This document shows positions 1 to 9,160 of a DNA stretch of 64,000 nucleotides, in pieces. The stretch's first letter is position 1; each line of letters begins with the position of its first letter. The notes beneath the pieces are model-generated. The model was not told where the DNA came from. It made no database searches and was given only the letters and a program-made list of their open reading frames with translations. The stretch lies in contig CAWDYW010000003.1 in the NCBI GenBank assembly GCA_963806855.1, positions 320,001 to 384,000 of the forward strand, in the 5' to 3' direction. This DNA is from an uncultured Verrucomicrobiae bacterium. Its GTDB lineage: Bacteria; Chlamydiota; Chlamydiia; Chlamydiales; Rhabdochlamydiaceae. Made by a program: the position numbers and the translations under genes.

Positions 1-746
1 TTGGCCTCGCCATCTCCGCCGCCCTCCTTCCCTCCCTCTCCCGCGCCATCGAAGAAAATGCACAGGACCGGTTCGAATCGCTCCTCCAATTTGCCAAACG
101 GCGCATCTTCTTGCTCATTTTCCCCTGCACGATTGCCATTTTTGTCCTAGGAACCGCCAGCGTCAACCTCCTCTTTGGCCGAGGCGATTTTGGCACCACC
201 TCTGTCTACAAGACCACCCTCTGCCTCTGGTGCTATGGGATCGGCTTGCTCCCTTCGGCTTTCGTCCAAATTGTGGCGCAAGGGTTCTATGCAAAAAAAG
301 ATTATTGGACCCCAACTAAAGGCTTCATCAGCGCCACCCTAATCAACATCGGACTGAATGCCTTTTTGGTCTTCGTCTGCGACCTGGGAGCTGCGAGCAT
401 CGCCCTGGCGACCAGCCTCTCGACTATCGTCAATTCAGTCTATCTATCGCGCAAACTGGGGCTCAAAACCGATTTCCGCCCGATGGCCAAGGTAAGTGCC
501 TGCACTCTTGCTGCCGGTGCGGTAGTACTGTGTGTGGGATATGCCTTGGGCGATGCGACCCTGCAATTTTGGAGCGGGGAGGCCAGCTTCCCGAATACAC
601 TCGTCAAGCAATTCGTCCACTTCGGAGCGCAAACAGGTCTCTATTTCCTAATCTTTTTTGGGCTATGCCGTATGGCAAAAGTGGATGAGTTGATGGAGAT
701 CTTACAGAAAATTAAAAGCCGCTTATGGCTTCAAGGCTCAAAGTAG
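1..746 (+). CDS. murJ: Lipid II flippase MurJ/MviN, C-terminal part (5' end outside the window)
   Basis: Multi-pass hydrophobic protein with LLFGRGDF, GFYAKKDYWTP and ASIALATSLS motifs typical of the MviN C-terminal half. Confidence 0.9.
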   Translation, partial: GLAISAALLPSLSRAIEENAQDRFESLLQFAKRRIFLLIFPCTIAIFVLGTASVNLLFGRGDFGTTSVYKTTLCLWCYGIGLLPSAFVQIVAQGFYAKKDYWTPTKGFISATLINIGLNAFLVFVCDLGAASIALATSLSTIVNSVYLSRKLGLKTDFRPMAKVSACTLAAGAVVLCVGYALGDATLQFWSGEASFPNTLVKQFVHFGAQTGLYFLIFFGLCRMAKVDELMEILQKIKSRLWLQGSK

Positions 747-2335
747 GCCCAGCGGAAATCGATCTCATAGAGATCGGAGATCAGGACATCGTGTAGCTGA
801 TTATTCTTGGCATATGCGATTGTCATGAAGTACACGGGAATAACAGGCATATCTCCCATCAAAACGGCTTCGGCTTGGATAAATAGTTCTTTCCGTTTAT
901 TCAGATCGATCTCTTGTTCTGCTAAATTAAGTAAGTGCTGGTACTGGGGATTTTCCCAATGTGAATAGTTGATGCTGTCTGATTTAAATCTAAATGCCTG
1001 CATGGTGTAAACCGGATCTCTTAGCCAGGTTTGCCAGACGCACCCACCGATTTGAAAATTCCGAATCCGCAATCTTTCTAAATGGACTTTCCATTCCTGG
1101 TGTTCGAGGGCAATATCGACTCCAAAAAGTTGATTCCATTGCTGTTGCAGAGCTTCAGCAACCCTTTGATTTATATGGGTAGCCGCATAATTAATAGTGA
1201 TTTCTGGAAGCTGTTCTTTTGTCAGACCCATCTCTTCCAGAGCTTCATGGAAGAGCAGAAGCGCCATTTTTTGGTCGTTATCTTCAAAATAGGGCTTTTT
1301 CTGACCAGAAAGAGTGCAAGGGAGAATGGCAAGTGCCGGAGATTCGTTGCATTGTAACACGTGTTTGGTGATGACACCCCTATTAATTGCATAGGCAAAA
1401 GCGAGGCGCATTTTTTTATTTTGAAAGGGGAAGGATTCAACATTAAAATAATAACAATAAAGTCCAAGCGAACTAAGGAATGTAACTTTATTCTCTCTTT
1501 TTAGTGTTTCAATTGCATCAAGAGGGATTTTGGAAATGGGCTGCCCGAGCCAGTCGAGCTCTCCCTTTTCAAACATGCTGAGCTGTGTAGAGGGATCTTT
1601 AATAATCGCAATAGAAATGCCTGGCAATTTGACATGTTCCGCGTTCCAATAGTTAGGGTTTTTCCGGACGATAATCTCGTTATCAATCCGATGTTTTTCT
1701 AATATAAAAGGACCATTGCATACAAATTTTTCCCCTTCGTGATTGACCCATTTACTACTTTCCTGATCGACCTTGCGATTGACAGGAAAGAAGGAGGGGA
1801 TAGCGGTAATTTCCAAAAAATAGGGGGTGGGATTTTCTAATTCTACTTTAAGGGTATAAGCATCCAGGGCATGAATGCCGACTTCTTCAATGGGGAGCTC
1901 TCCTTGTGAGGCTTGCTTAGCATTTTTGATTGAATAAAAATTGTGTACTCCAAGGGAGGACGTTTTTGGATCGATGATTTTCTTCCAACTATATGCAAAA
2001 TCGTAGGCTGTTAACGGATCGCCGTTTGACCAAATGGTGGGGCGTAAGTGGAAGGTAAATGTTTTCAGATCCTCGGAGATGTCGTAACTTTCTGCTATTG
2101 CGGGTTGAATCTGTCCATCGAGACCTATGACTACTAAGCCTTCAAAGAGCATTCGCAAAGGGAAAGTGGATGGACCGTCGATGCCGACACGGGGATCAAG
2201 CGAGCAAATATCGGACTGAAGGCTAATTCGCAAATAACGATTTTTTGCCGGATCTTTTAACGGATTAGGAGATTTTTGACATCCTAATGCGCTAAGGAGC
2301 ATTAAAGTTATTATTAGGGAGTGCAAAATTTTCAT
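731..2335 (-). CDS. oppA: Peptide ABC transporter substrate-binding lipoprotein (OppA, SBP family 5)
   Basis: Lipobox LSALG-C after MKILH (start placed at 2335); SLDPR, LFEGL, WSNGDPLTAYDF and NGPF family-5 motifs. Confidence 0.9.
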   Translation of the reverse strand: MKILHSLIITLMLLSALGCQKSPNPLKDPAKNRYLRISLQSDICSLDPRVGIDGPSTFPLRMLFEGLVVIGLDGQIQPAIAESYDISEDLKTFTFHLRPTIWSNGDPLTAYDFAYSWKKIIDPKTSSLGVHNFYSIKNAKQASQGELPIEEVGIHALDAYTLKVELENPTPYFLEITAIPSFFPVNRKVDQESSKWVNHEGEKFVCNGPFILEKHRIDNEIIVRKNPNYWNAEHVKLPGISIAIIKDPSTQLSMFEKGELDWLGQPISKIPLDAIETLKRENKVTFLSSLGLYCYYFNVESFPFQNKKMRLAFAYAINRGVITKHVLQCNESPALAILPCTLSGQKKPYFEDNDQKMALLLFHEALEEMGLTKEQLPEITINYAATHINQRVAEALQQQWNQLFGVDIALEHQEWKVHLERLRIRNFQIGGCVWQTWLRDPVYTMQAFRFKSDSINYSHWENPQYQHLLNLAEQEIDLNKRKELFIQAEAVLMGDMPVIPVYFMTIAYAKNNQLHDVLISDLYEIDFRWAYFEP

Positions 2336-2406
2336 ATTACATAAGTAGTATCGAACCAAACTGCATTTTTTTCTAGAAAAAATTTCGCCACTAGCATAGA
2401 TTCCAC

Positions 2407-2576
2407 TATACTGCGCCCGCTTAGGTTTTGCGAATTTTGGGGGTCTCAGAGCGCGCCCAGATACAAAGGATCGCGACGAAGGAGATATTCTTGTAATATC
2501 TTCGAGGAGCGATACTCTGTAGGTGGGCCGCTATGATGGCTTCAAAAATTCGCAAAACCTAAGCAGGCGCAGTATA
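2407..2576. repeat. 170-bp imperfect palindromic miniature element (family A)
   Basis: TATACTGCGCCCGCTTAGGTTTTGCGAATTTT pairs with AAAATTCGCAAAACCTAAGCAGGCGCAGTATA; TA at both ends. Confidence 0.85.
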
Positions 2577-2585
2577 AATAGATCT

Positions 2586-5500
2586 ATGAAATCAATGCAG
2601 ATTATAAAGCATCTCCCAGAGATCAGGCCCTATTTTCCTCAGTCGATTCAAGAAGGGGAATTGTCCCAGCATCTCGAACATGGTAGAGCCATCCTTATGC
2701 GCCTGCTCCCAGAGCAGTATTCGTTAGAAGAAATGCAAAAATGGATTTCATCTAGCCTCCCAGTAATCAACTGGAGCAAGCCGACTACCGCCCCTGAAAG
2801 TCTCTCAATCTTTTTCTTACTATCTCCCAATCAAGAAATTAGAGCTGAAAAGGTGCTTCTTGAAATTATCCGGAAATGGCTAATCCCTGAAAAAGAGGTC
2901 CCCATCTTGGGATTTTACAACTCTTATTTCTATATGCCAACGATCAGTTCGCAACTTTTCTTTGTGGCAGAGGTGAAGATCTTTGTCGAAGATGGCCGGG
3001 AATTGAGCTTGATACAGGAAAATTTGCCACTTCTAGCCAATGAATTATCACTCTGCCTCTCTACCTCAAAATATTTTGAGAAGTATTTGGATACGAAAGG
3101 GTTATCCTTAGATCAAAAATCAGGTCAGATTCAACAATTCCTAAGGCAGCTCATCCGTCGAGCGCCTAAGCAATTTGACATAGAGCTTTTCCGAGAGATG
3201 AGCGCATTTTTTGCCCTGGCCCACCCAGATTTTCGCAAGTTTAGGGTCCCTAAGCACCTGACTCGAATTGTAGTTTCCCACTACTTGATGCGAAAAAATC
3301 TTCTTCATAGCCTTTCGATTTCCCCAGAAAAAAGACATCTGGAATTCCATTTTGTCCGCGCTAAGCTCCATTTCCCATTCGGCGTGAAAACAGTCTTAGG
3401 ACTATCGATTGCTGTAGGCTTGACTGATCAACATGAGACATTTGAAGACACTCATATCATCTCTGCCGTTCAAAAATTCATCCCTGAGGCCCAGGTCGTT
3501 CAAGGCTCCTATTATTTTCACAGAGCTAATCACGATGCGACTAAGTACATTTATCTCGAACTAGAGAAGAAAAACGGGGCCAAGTTTCAGCAGAACGAAA
3601 TTTCTCTTCTCAAAATGAACTTAAAAGAGGCGCTGAAGAAACGGATTGAAAAATTGATCCCCTCGGTCTTTATGATCCGCAATGAAGAAGAGGTGATGCG
3701 CAATATTTTACTCCTCTCGCAGCAACTCAAATACCTTGCCGACCTTCCTCAAGTGATGGTCAATTTCGATCGACAAGGGACAAATGAGCTCTTCTTTACT
3801 GTTTTGCTTGTCAGGATCTTAAAAAATCAGGATACCAGTTTAAAAGAGGCTTTTGAAAAACTCCCCCACGCTTTTAAATTCATCCCAGACCGTGTTCAGA
3901 GGGTCGGGTATGTCCGGAAGAAAAATCCCAAAGAAGCGAATGTATTCCATCTGTGTATTCCTAAAGACAGATCGATTTTGAGGCTCGATTCTTCTGTTAA
4001 CTTCTACTCGGCCAGACAAAAAGTCATTTCGATCATTACCGAGGCTCTTGGAGAGGTTCGCGATTACAATGGAGGAATGATCCTCAAGCAAGGGGAATTA
4101 TTTTCTCAGCTGAAACACGTCTTCGAACCCACCGCTGATAGCCAACAAGAACTCCTAGAAAACTTCTTCTTCTCTCTCAACCCCATTGAGGCACAGGCCA
4201 CCTCTTCGCTGAGCTCTCTAGAAACCCTTTTTAAGCTATGTCTTGAGTCGATCAAGGATGAGCTGCCAAAGAGAGATAGTATTTTTGTCAAATTTCTGAA
4301 GCACAAAAATTTGACGTTTGCCGTTGTGCGAACTAAAGATCGTTCGATCGAAAATATTCTCAACCAAGAGCTCAATCAGCTTGATAACTTCTCCAAATCT
4401 CTTATTCAGACCAAAATCAATTTCCAGGGGACCCTCTTACAAGCAGTTATTTATGAGACTACCGATCGTCGCGATCAAAAGCAGTTTAAAAATTGCATCG
4501 ATAGCGCTATAGAGAAGTGGACCTCAAAACTGAGCAATTTGCAAGAGCTGCGCCTCAGTTTTGTTGTCCTTCCATCGGCTCTGGATCCGAGATTGGGGGG
4601 AGATGATATCTCTAGTACGGTCATGAAGATGCTCTTTGAGGGGCTAACCCGAATGTCTCATGGGAACCAACCATCTCTTGCCCTTGCTAAGTCTATCGAT
4701 ATCTCAGCTGATCAAAAACGGTATACCTTTAAACTGCGCAACTCCTTTTGGTCAGACCAAACTCCTCTGGTTGCCCATGACTTTGAATATGCATGGAAAA
4801 AGATTCTCTCTCCTTCATTCTACACCCCATTTGCCCACTTCTTCTATCCGATTAAAAATGCGAAAGCAGCTAAAGAGGGCAAAATCGACCTAGACCAGGT
4901 CGGGGTCAAGGCGATTGATAAGATGACACTAGTTGTCGATTTAGAGACCCCAACGCCAGAATTTTTGGAATTAACCGCGCACGCTTTGTATTCGCCTATC
5001 AACCAACAATTAGAAAGTTTGCACCCCAATTGGGCTGCCCAGAGTGGAGAGGAGATCTATGTTTGTAATGGCCCCTTTAGATTAAAAGGCCCTCTAGTTA
5101 ATGGGGGCTATGAGTTCGTGAAGAATCAAACATACTGGGATCAACGGTCAGTCAAATTGGATCGTGTCCTGATCTCTAAAAATAGTTCTGAAACCGCTTA
5201 TGAGATGTTTAAGAACGATGAATTGGAGTGGATGGGCCGTCCGATGCATCCCTGGGAGTCGCACTTTAAAAAAGGGAAAGAAGATGTCTCATTTGATGAG
5301 CTCTTAGGTTTAAATTGGTGCGCGTTCAATACCCAGCGATTCCCATTTGATAACTTGAAAATGCGACTCGCATTCAAGTATGCTCTGGATCGCAAGAAAA
5401 TTATCGAGCAATTTGCGGATGGTTCTATTCCAATTATCTCTCCTCTTCCCTATCACCATTCCCAAATTAGAGAAGAGTCTCTCCTTTTACCCGATAGAAA

Positions 5501-6035
5501 ATTGGCTGCTCTACTTTTTGAGCAAGCGTTAAAAGAGCTTGGTCTGACGAGGAAGACATTCCCCCTTTTGACGGTGATTTCAGGGAGTAAAAATACTGCT
5601 GCAATCAACAAATTGCTCATCAGACAATGGGAAGATGTCCTTGGAATTCCTTTCCGGGTCGAGGAATATGACTTTAACCTTTTGTTCTCAAAACTGGTTA
5701 CAGGAGAGTATCAAATCGGGATGGTCGTTTGGAGAGCTTCGATTAACGACCCTACATATACTTTGAACGTATTTGAATTCCGCACGAACAAGATTAACTT
5801 TGCAAAATGGGAGCACCCCCGTTTTCAGGAACTTCTTGCAATGGCTAAGAAAGAGGTTGTTCAAGAAAGACGTCTCCAGCTATTCAAACAGGCAGAAATG
5901 GTGCTGGTAGAGGAGTGTCCGGTCATTCCTATCAACACCGTGACCTATACCTCTATGTATAAAAAAAGGCTCAAGAATGCCTTCTCGTCAGTCACAGGGA
6001 ATATCGATTTCAAAAACGCCTCTATAGCCCCCTAG
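2586..6035 (+). CDS. Fusion protein: about 650-aa uncharacterised N-terminus plus a C-terminal OppA-type (SBP family 5) domain; no signal peptide
   Basis: C-terminal half has ALDPR, LFEGL, WSDQTPLVAHDFEYAWK, NGPF and FPFDN motifs. The ORF's upstream GTG at 2523 lies inside a repeat, so the ATG at 2586 is preferred. Confidence 0.85.
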   Translation: MKSMQIIKHLPEIRPYFPQSIQEGELSQHLEHGRAILMRLLPEQYSLEEMQKWISSSLPVINWSKPTTAPESLSIFFLLSPNQEIRAEKVLLEIIRKWLIPEKEVPILGFYNSYFYMPTISSQLFFVAEVKIFVEDGRELSLIQENLPLLANELSLCLSTSKYFEKYLDTKGLSLDQKSGQIQQFLRQLIRRAPKQFDIELFREMSAFFALAHPDFRKFRVPKHLTRIVVSHYLMRKNLLHSLSISPEKRHLEFHFVRAKLHFPFGVKTVLGLSIAVGLTDQHETFEDTHIISAVQKFIPEAQVVQGSYYFHRANHDATKYIYLELEKKNGAKFQQNEISLLKMNLKEALKKRIEKLIPSVFMIRNEEEVMRNILLLSQQLKYLADLPQVMVNFDRQGTNELFFTVLLVRILKNQDTSLKEAFEKLPHAFKFIPDRVQRVGYVRKKNPKEANVFHLCIPKDRSILRLDSSVNFYSARQKVISIITEALGEVRDYNGGMILKQGELFSQLKHVFEPTADSQQELLENFFFSLNPIEAQATSSLSSLETLFKLCLESIKDELPKRDSIFVKFLKHKNLTFAVVRTKDRSIENILNQELNQLDNFSKSLIQTKINFQGTLLQAVIYETTDRRDQKQFKNCIDSAIEKWTSKLSNLQELRLSFVVLPSALDPRLGGDDISSTVMKMLFEGLTRMSHGNQPSLALAKSIDISADQKRYTFKLRNSFWSDQTPLVAHDFEYAWKKILSPSFYTPFAHFFYPIKNAKAAKEGKIDLDQVGVKAIDKMTLVVDLETPTPEFLELTAHALYSPINQQLESLHPNWAAQSGEEIYVCNGPFRLKGPLVNGGYEFVKNQTYWDQRSVKLDRVLISKNSSETAYEMFKNDELEWMGRPMHPWESHFKKGKEDVSFDELLGLNWCAFNTQRFPFDNLKMRLAFKYALDRKKIIEQFADGSIPIISPLPYHHSQIREESLLLPDRKLAALLFEQALKELGLTRKTFPLLTVISGSKNTAAINKLLIRQWEDVLGIPFRVEEYDFNLLFSKLVTGEYQIGMVVWRASINDPTYTLNVFEFRTNKINFAKWEHPRFQELLAMAKKEVVQERRLQLFKQAEMVLVEECPVIPINTVTYTSMYKKRLKNAFSSVTGNIDFKNASIAP

Positions 6036-6135
6036 GGATCTATTTTTTTCTTTCAATAAATATTTGGTTCGTGTAAACTTATTCCGTTTTCGGAAAAGCT
6101 CCATGAAAATGGAGCAAGAAGTAAAGGAGTATCAG

Positions 6136-6495
6136 ATGACTACAATCTTAATGGCACAACCAATTGAGAGGGTTGTTCAACAATGTTTCAGTTTTGATCC
6201 CATTGCCGAGCTAAAAAGGTATGCTTGGCATCCAGAAATGAATGTTATTACGGCCGAGAAAGCTCTTTTCAAGAAGCCGGCTTACACTTACATCACTCGC
6301 TTTCGTGAAACTGAGAGGGGATTTGAGATTTCCTTCGTCAATTTAAATGGCGACATCGAGCACCACTATTTCACTTTAGTGGATGCAAAGCATGGAATTT
6401 GGCGCAACTCGGCTCCAGAGCATATCGGCTCACTTGGAAAAGTGATCTGTGACATGATGGAATGCTCAATACTCGATTGTAAACCACTTAACTAG
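6136..6495 (+). CDS. Small SH2-like domain protein
   Basis: AAGGAG RBS before ATG 6136. AWHPEMNVITAEKAL-x4-AYTYITR-x6-GFEISF-x7-EHHYF...SLGKVI follows the SH2 consensus. Confidence 0.65.
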   Translation: MTTILMAQPIERVVQQCFSFDPIAELKRYAWHPEMNVITAEKALFKKPAYTYITRFRETERGFEISFVNLNGDIEHHYFTLVDAKHGIWRNSAPEHIGSLGKVICDMMECSILDCKPLN

Positions 6496-6546
6496 ACGAA
6501 AGTGGTTTTCTTTTTTTTGAGAGGTCATCACCGATTGATGGCCTCT
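6481..6546. terminator. Two adjacent hairpins between convergent genes; probable intrinsic terminators
   Basis: AAACCACTT/AAGTGGTTT followed by a T-run, and AGAGGTCATCA/TGATGGCCTCT. Confidence 0.55.
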
Positions 6547-6548
6547 TA

Positions 6549-7088
6549 TTATTTAGGGCGCGTCGTCACATTCAAGCGCATCATCAGGTGCGGATGGGGG
6601 CTGTGAGAGGGGATAAACGTACTTAAGATTTTGAAGCCAGCCTTCTGATAGACATGGATGGCCCGCTCATTGGTTGCCTCTGGGTCGATCAACACCTCAG
6701 AGACCTTGGGAAACTCGCTCAGCAAAAATTCCTGGATCACAGTGGCCGCCAGCCCTTTTCCCAAATAATTGACATCGCCAATCAACATATCGAGGGTAAT
6801 TGCCTCACCCTCTTCAGAGCACCAGCGGGTGAGCTCATCTTGCGGTTTATCAACATGGGAAGTGATCAGAAAGGCAAAGGGGTGGCCCTGGTCATAGCAG
6901 ATCCAATACTGGGCAAAAGAAGCCCCTTTAAGGAAATCGTCTAAGTGATTGTGGGTATTTTGAAGTCCTTGGCCATAAAACCACTTGGCTACATGGGGGA
7001 GGGATAACCAATAATGAACAAGGGCGCGTTGTGATTGATCTACTAGTTTAAAATTAAACTGCATTTCAATAACAGGCCGCGCCCTCAA
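6549..7088 (-). CDS. GNAT N-acetyltransferase (AAC(6')/siderophore-acetyltransferase-like)
   Basis: WLSLPHVAKW, YLGKGLA and IDPEATNERAIHVYQKAGF motifs. Confidence 0.85.
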   Translation of the reverse strand: MRARPVIEMQFNFKLVDQSQRALVHYWLSLPHVAKWFYGQGLQNTHNHLDDFLKGASFAQYWICYDQGHPFAFLITSHVDKPQDELTRWCSEEGEAITLDMLIGDVNYLGKGLAATVIQEFLLSEFPKVSEVLIDPEATNERAIHVYQKAGFKILSTFIPSHSPHPHLMMRLNVTTRPK

Positions 7089-7092
7089 TAAA

Positions 7093-7710
7093 TTAGCTTG
7101 TGTGAGCTAAGAACTCGCAGATGAGTGGGACGTTCACAGGGAGGACGAAGGGGACTTGGTCCAACTCTGGGAGCACTTCCAAACGCCCGGAGAACTTCTC
7201 TGGCTCATGAGCTAGGAACTCAGGCACTGAGCGTGGGTTCTCAAGAGATTGTTTAACGATCTGCATGTTTTGCGATTTTGGTTTAATCGAGATGATCATG
7301 CCTGGTTTTACTTGGAAAGAGCGGATATCGACTTTCTTTCCGTTGACGAGGATGTGACCATGGGAGACCAACTGTTGAGCCGTAAAGATTGTTGGAGCCA
7401 ATTTGAGGCGATAGACAACTGTGTCGAGACGGCACTCAAAGAAGCGGATAAAGGCCAGCGGGGTAGCGATTTTGGACCGCTCTGCTTCTTTATAGTAGCG
7501 GACCGTGACTTTTCGGCTAACCATGCCGTAGGAGGCTCTCAGCTTTTGCTGTTCCTCAAGCTGGGCGCCATAGTCAGATTTTTTCTTCCGTTTTGCCCCA
7601 TGCATTCCAGGTGGATTGGCCTTGTGGAGAAGGGGGTTCCTAGCGCGACCGAAAATATTAACTCCGAGACGGCGTGCGATGCGATTCTTAGGGCCGGTAT
7701 AACGAGCCAT
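7093..7710 (-). CDS. rpsD: 30S ribosomal protein S4
   Basis: MARYTGPK, PPGMHG, ECRLDTVVYR and QLVSHGHILVNG. Confidence 0.98.
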   Translation of the reverse strand: MARYTGPKNRIARRLGVNIFGRARNPLLHKANPPGMHGAKRKKKSDYGAQLEEQQKLRASYGMVSRKVTVRYYKEAERSKIATPLAFIRFFECRLDTVVYRLKLAPTIFTAQQLVSHGHILVNGKKVDIRSFQVKPGMIISIKPKSQNMQIVKQSLENPRSVPEFLAHEPEKFSGRLEVLPELDQVPFVLPVNVPLICEFLAHTS

Positions 7711-7783
7711 TCAAAAACTCCTTAAATGAGTAGGTTCAATAAGGCATTAATCGTAATCGAAGGCTGTTTTTTTCTCAAGAAAA

Positions 7784-7951
7784 TATACTGGGTCCCAGTG
7801 GAAAGTTGGAGCTTTGCCTTAGCCAGAGGGGTACCTTTGCCTCCGACCCGCCCAGCTCCTAGTTATTCAATAGTAATCTGGGCGGGTTCGGAGGCAAATC
7901 TACCGCCTCTGGCGTTGGCAAACTCTCCAACCTCCACTGGGACCCAGTATA
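7784..7951. repeat. 168-bp imperfect palindromic miniature element (family B)
   Basis: TATACTGGGTCCCAGTGG...CCACTGGGACCCAGTATA, with inner stem TTTGCCTCCGACCCGCCCAG/CTGGGCGGGTTCGGAGGCAAA. Confidence 0.85.
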
Positions 7952-8011
7952 GTCTTGAATTCTTCAACGGAAGGGGGTATCATTGAGGGGTAATAAAAAT
8001 TTTTGGAGGAG

Positions 8012-8181
8012 GAGGCAGTTGCAAAACTCAGGGTTCGTCGATTTTCGGGATTATTTTGGCCGCTTTTCGATTCAAATCACGGGGGTAATATCAAATTCCG
8101 ATATTACCCCCGTGATTTGAAGTCGAAAATCGGCTCAAAAGAACCCGAAAATCGACAGAACCTGAGTTTTGCAACTGCCTC
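8012..8181. repeat. 170-bp palindromic miniature element (family C, copy 1)
   Basis: GAGGCAGTTGCAAAACTCAGG...CCTGAGTTTTGCAACTGCCTC; second copy at 47138-47307. Confidence 0.9.
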
Positions 8182-8188
8182 ATAGTCT

Positions 8189-9160
8189 ATGGATCAGTAT
8201 TTGATAGCGGCTTTTTATTGTTATACCCAGCTGGAAGACCCCCATCTTGAGGTCAAACGTCATCATGAATTTTTGACTAATTTAGATGCCCGCGCTCGCA
8301 TCTACATCGCCAATAACGGGATCAATGGGCAAATGAGTTTTTTAGCCGAGCACGCCTATCTCTATCTCGATTGGCTGAAAAGCGATCCCCGTTTTGCCGA
8401 GCTCAATGTAAAGCTCGACCCCTATCATGAGCATATTTTCCCACGGGTGACGGTCAAATTCCGCCCTCAGTTGGTCGCGTTGGACTATAGCCCTGACCTC
8501 GACAAAAGGGGAGCGCATGTTTCTCCTGAACAATGGGCCAAGATGCTCGAGGAAAAAGATGAAGATACCCTCCTCATCGACGTGCGTAATGACTACGAGT
8601 CAGAAATCGGTCACTTCGAGGGGGCTGAGCGGCCGAACTTGAAGACGTTCCGTGAATTCCCCGCCTATGCCCAGTCGCTCGCCGAGCAGAAAGATCCGAA
8701 GAAGACGAAGGTGATGATGTATTGCACAGGGGGAATCCGGTGCGAGACCTATTCCGCGCTGCTCAAGGAAAAGGGGTTTGATCAGGTCTATCAGCTGAGC
8801 GGCGGGATCATCAACTACGGCCATAAGATGGGCAATAAGCACTGGAAGGGGAAGCTCTTTGTCTTCGATGACCGTCTGTCAGTTCCCATCTCAGATGACG
8901 AGCATGAACTAATTAGCCATTGCCACTGCTGTGGAGTGCCATCGGATGCCTACTACAACTGCGCCAATATGGATTGCAATGAGCTCTTTCTCTCTTGTCC
9001 AGACTGTGCAGAGAAAAGCCGCGGCTGCTGCTCAGAAGGGTGCGCCCTAGCCAATCGGATCCGCCCCTTTGAAAAAATGGAGCGGCCAAAGCCATTCCGC
9101 AAATGGTATTACTATTCTACTACGAAGGACATGAATGAGTGCTGTAGCTGCAAAATCTAA
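8189..9160 (+). CDS. trhO: tRNA uridine(34) hydroxylase / UPF0176 rhodanese-domain protein
   Basis: GINGQ, IDVRNDYESEIGHF, MYCTGGIRCE, GKLFVFDDR and a Cys-rich C-terminus. Confidence 0.92.
   Translation: MDQYLIAAFYCYTQLEDPHLEVKRHHEFLTNLDARARIYIANNGINGQMSFLAEHAYLYLDWLKSDPRFAELNVKLDPYHEHIFPRVTVKFRPQLVALDYSPDLDKRGAHVSPEQWAKMLEEKDEDTLLIDVRNDYESEIGHFEGAERPNLKTFREFPAYAQSLAEQKDPKKTKVMMYCTGGIRCETYSALLKEKGFDQVYQLSGGIINYGHKMGNKHWKGKLFVFDDRLSVPISDDEHELISHCHCCGVPSDAYYNCANMDCNELFLSCPDCAEKSRGCCSEGCALANRIRPFEKMERPKPFRKWYYYSTTKDMNECCSCKI

Noticed and set aside
6549..7088. Bona fide aminoglycoside resistance gene (likewise the APH-like and beta-lactamase-like genes)
   Set aside because: Only superfamily motifs are visible; the substrate cannot be assigned from sequence
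7726..8185. ORFs 7726-7986 and 8003-8185 (and similarly 47015-47313)
   Set aside because: They are open frames through palindromic elements B and C with no independent gene evidence
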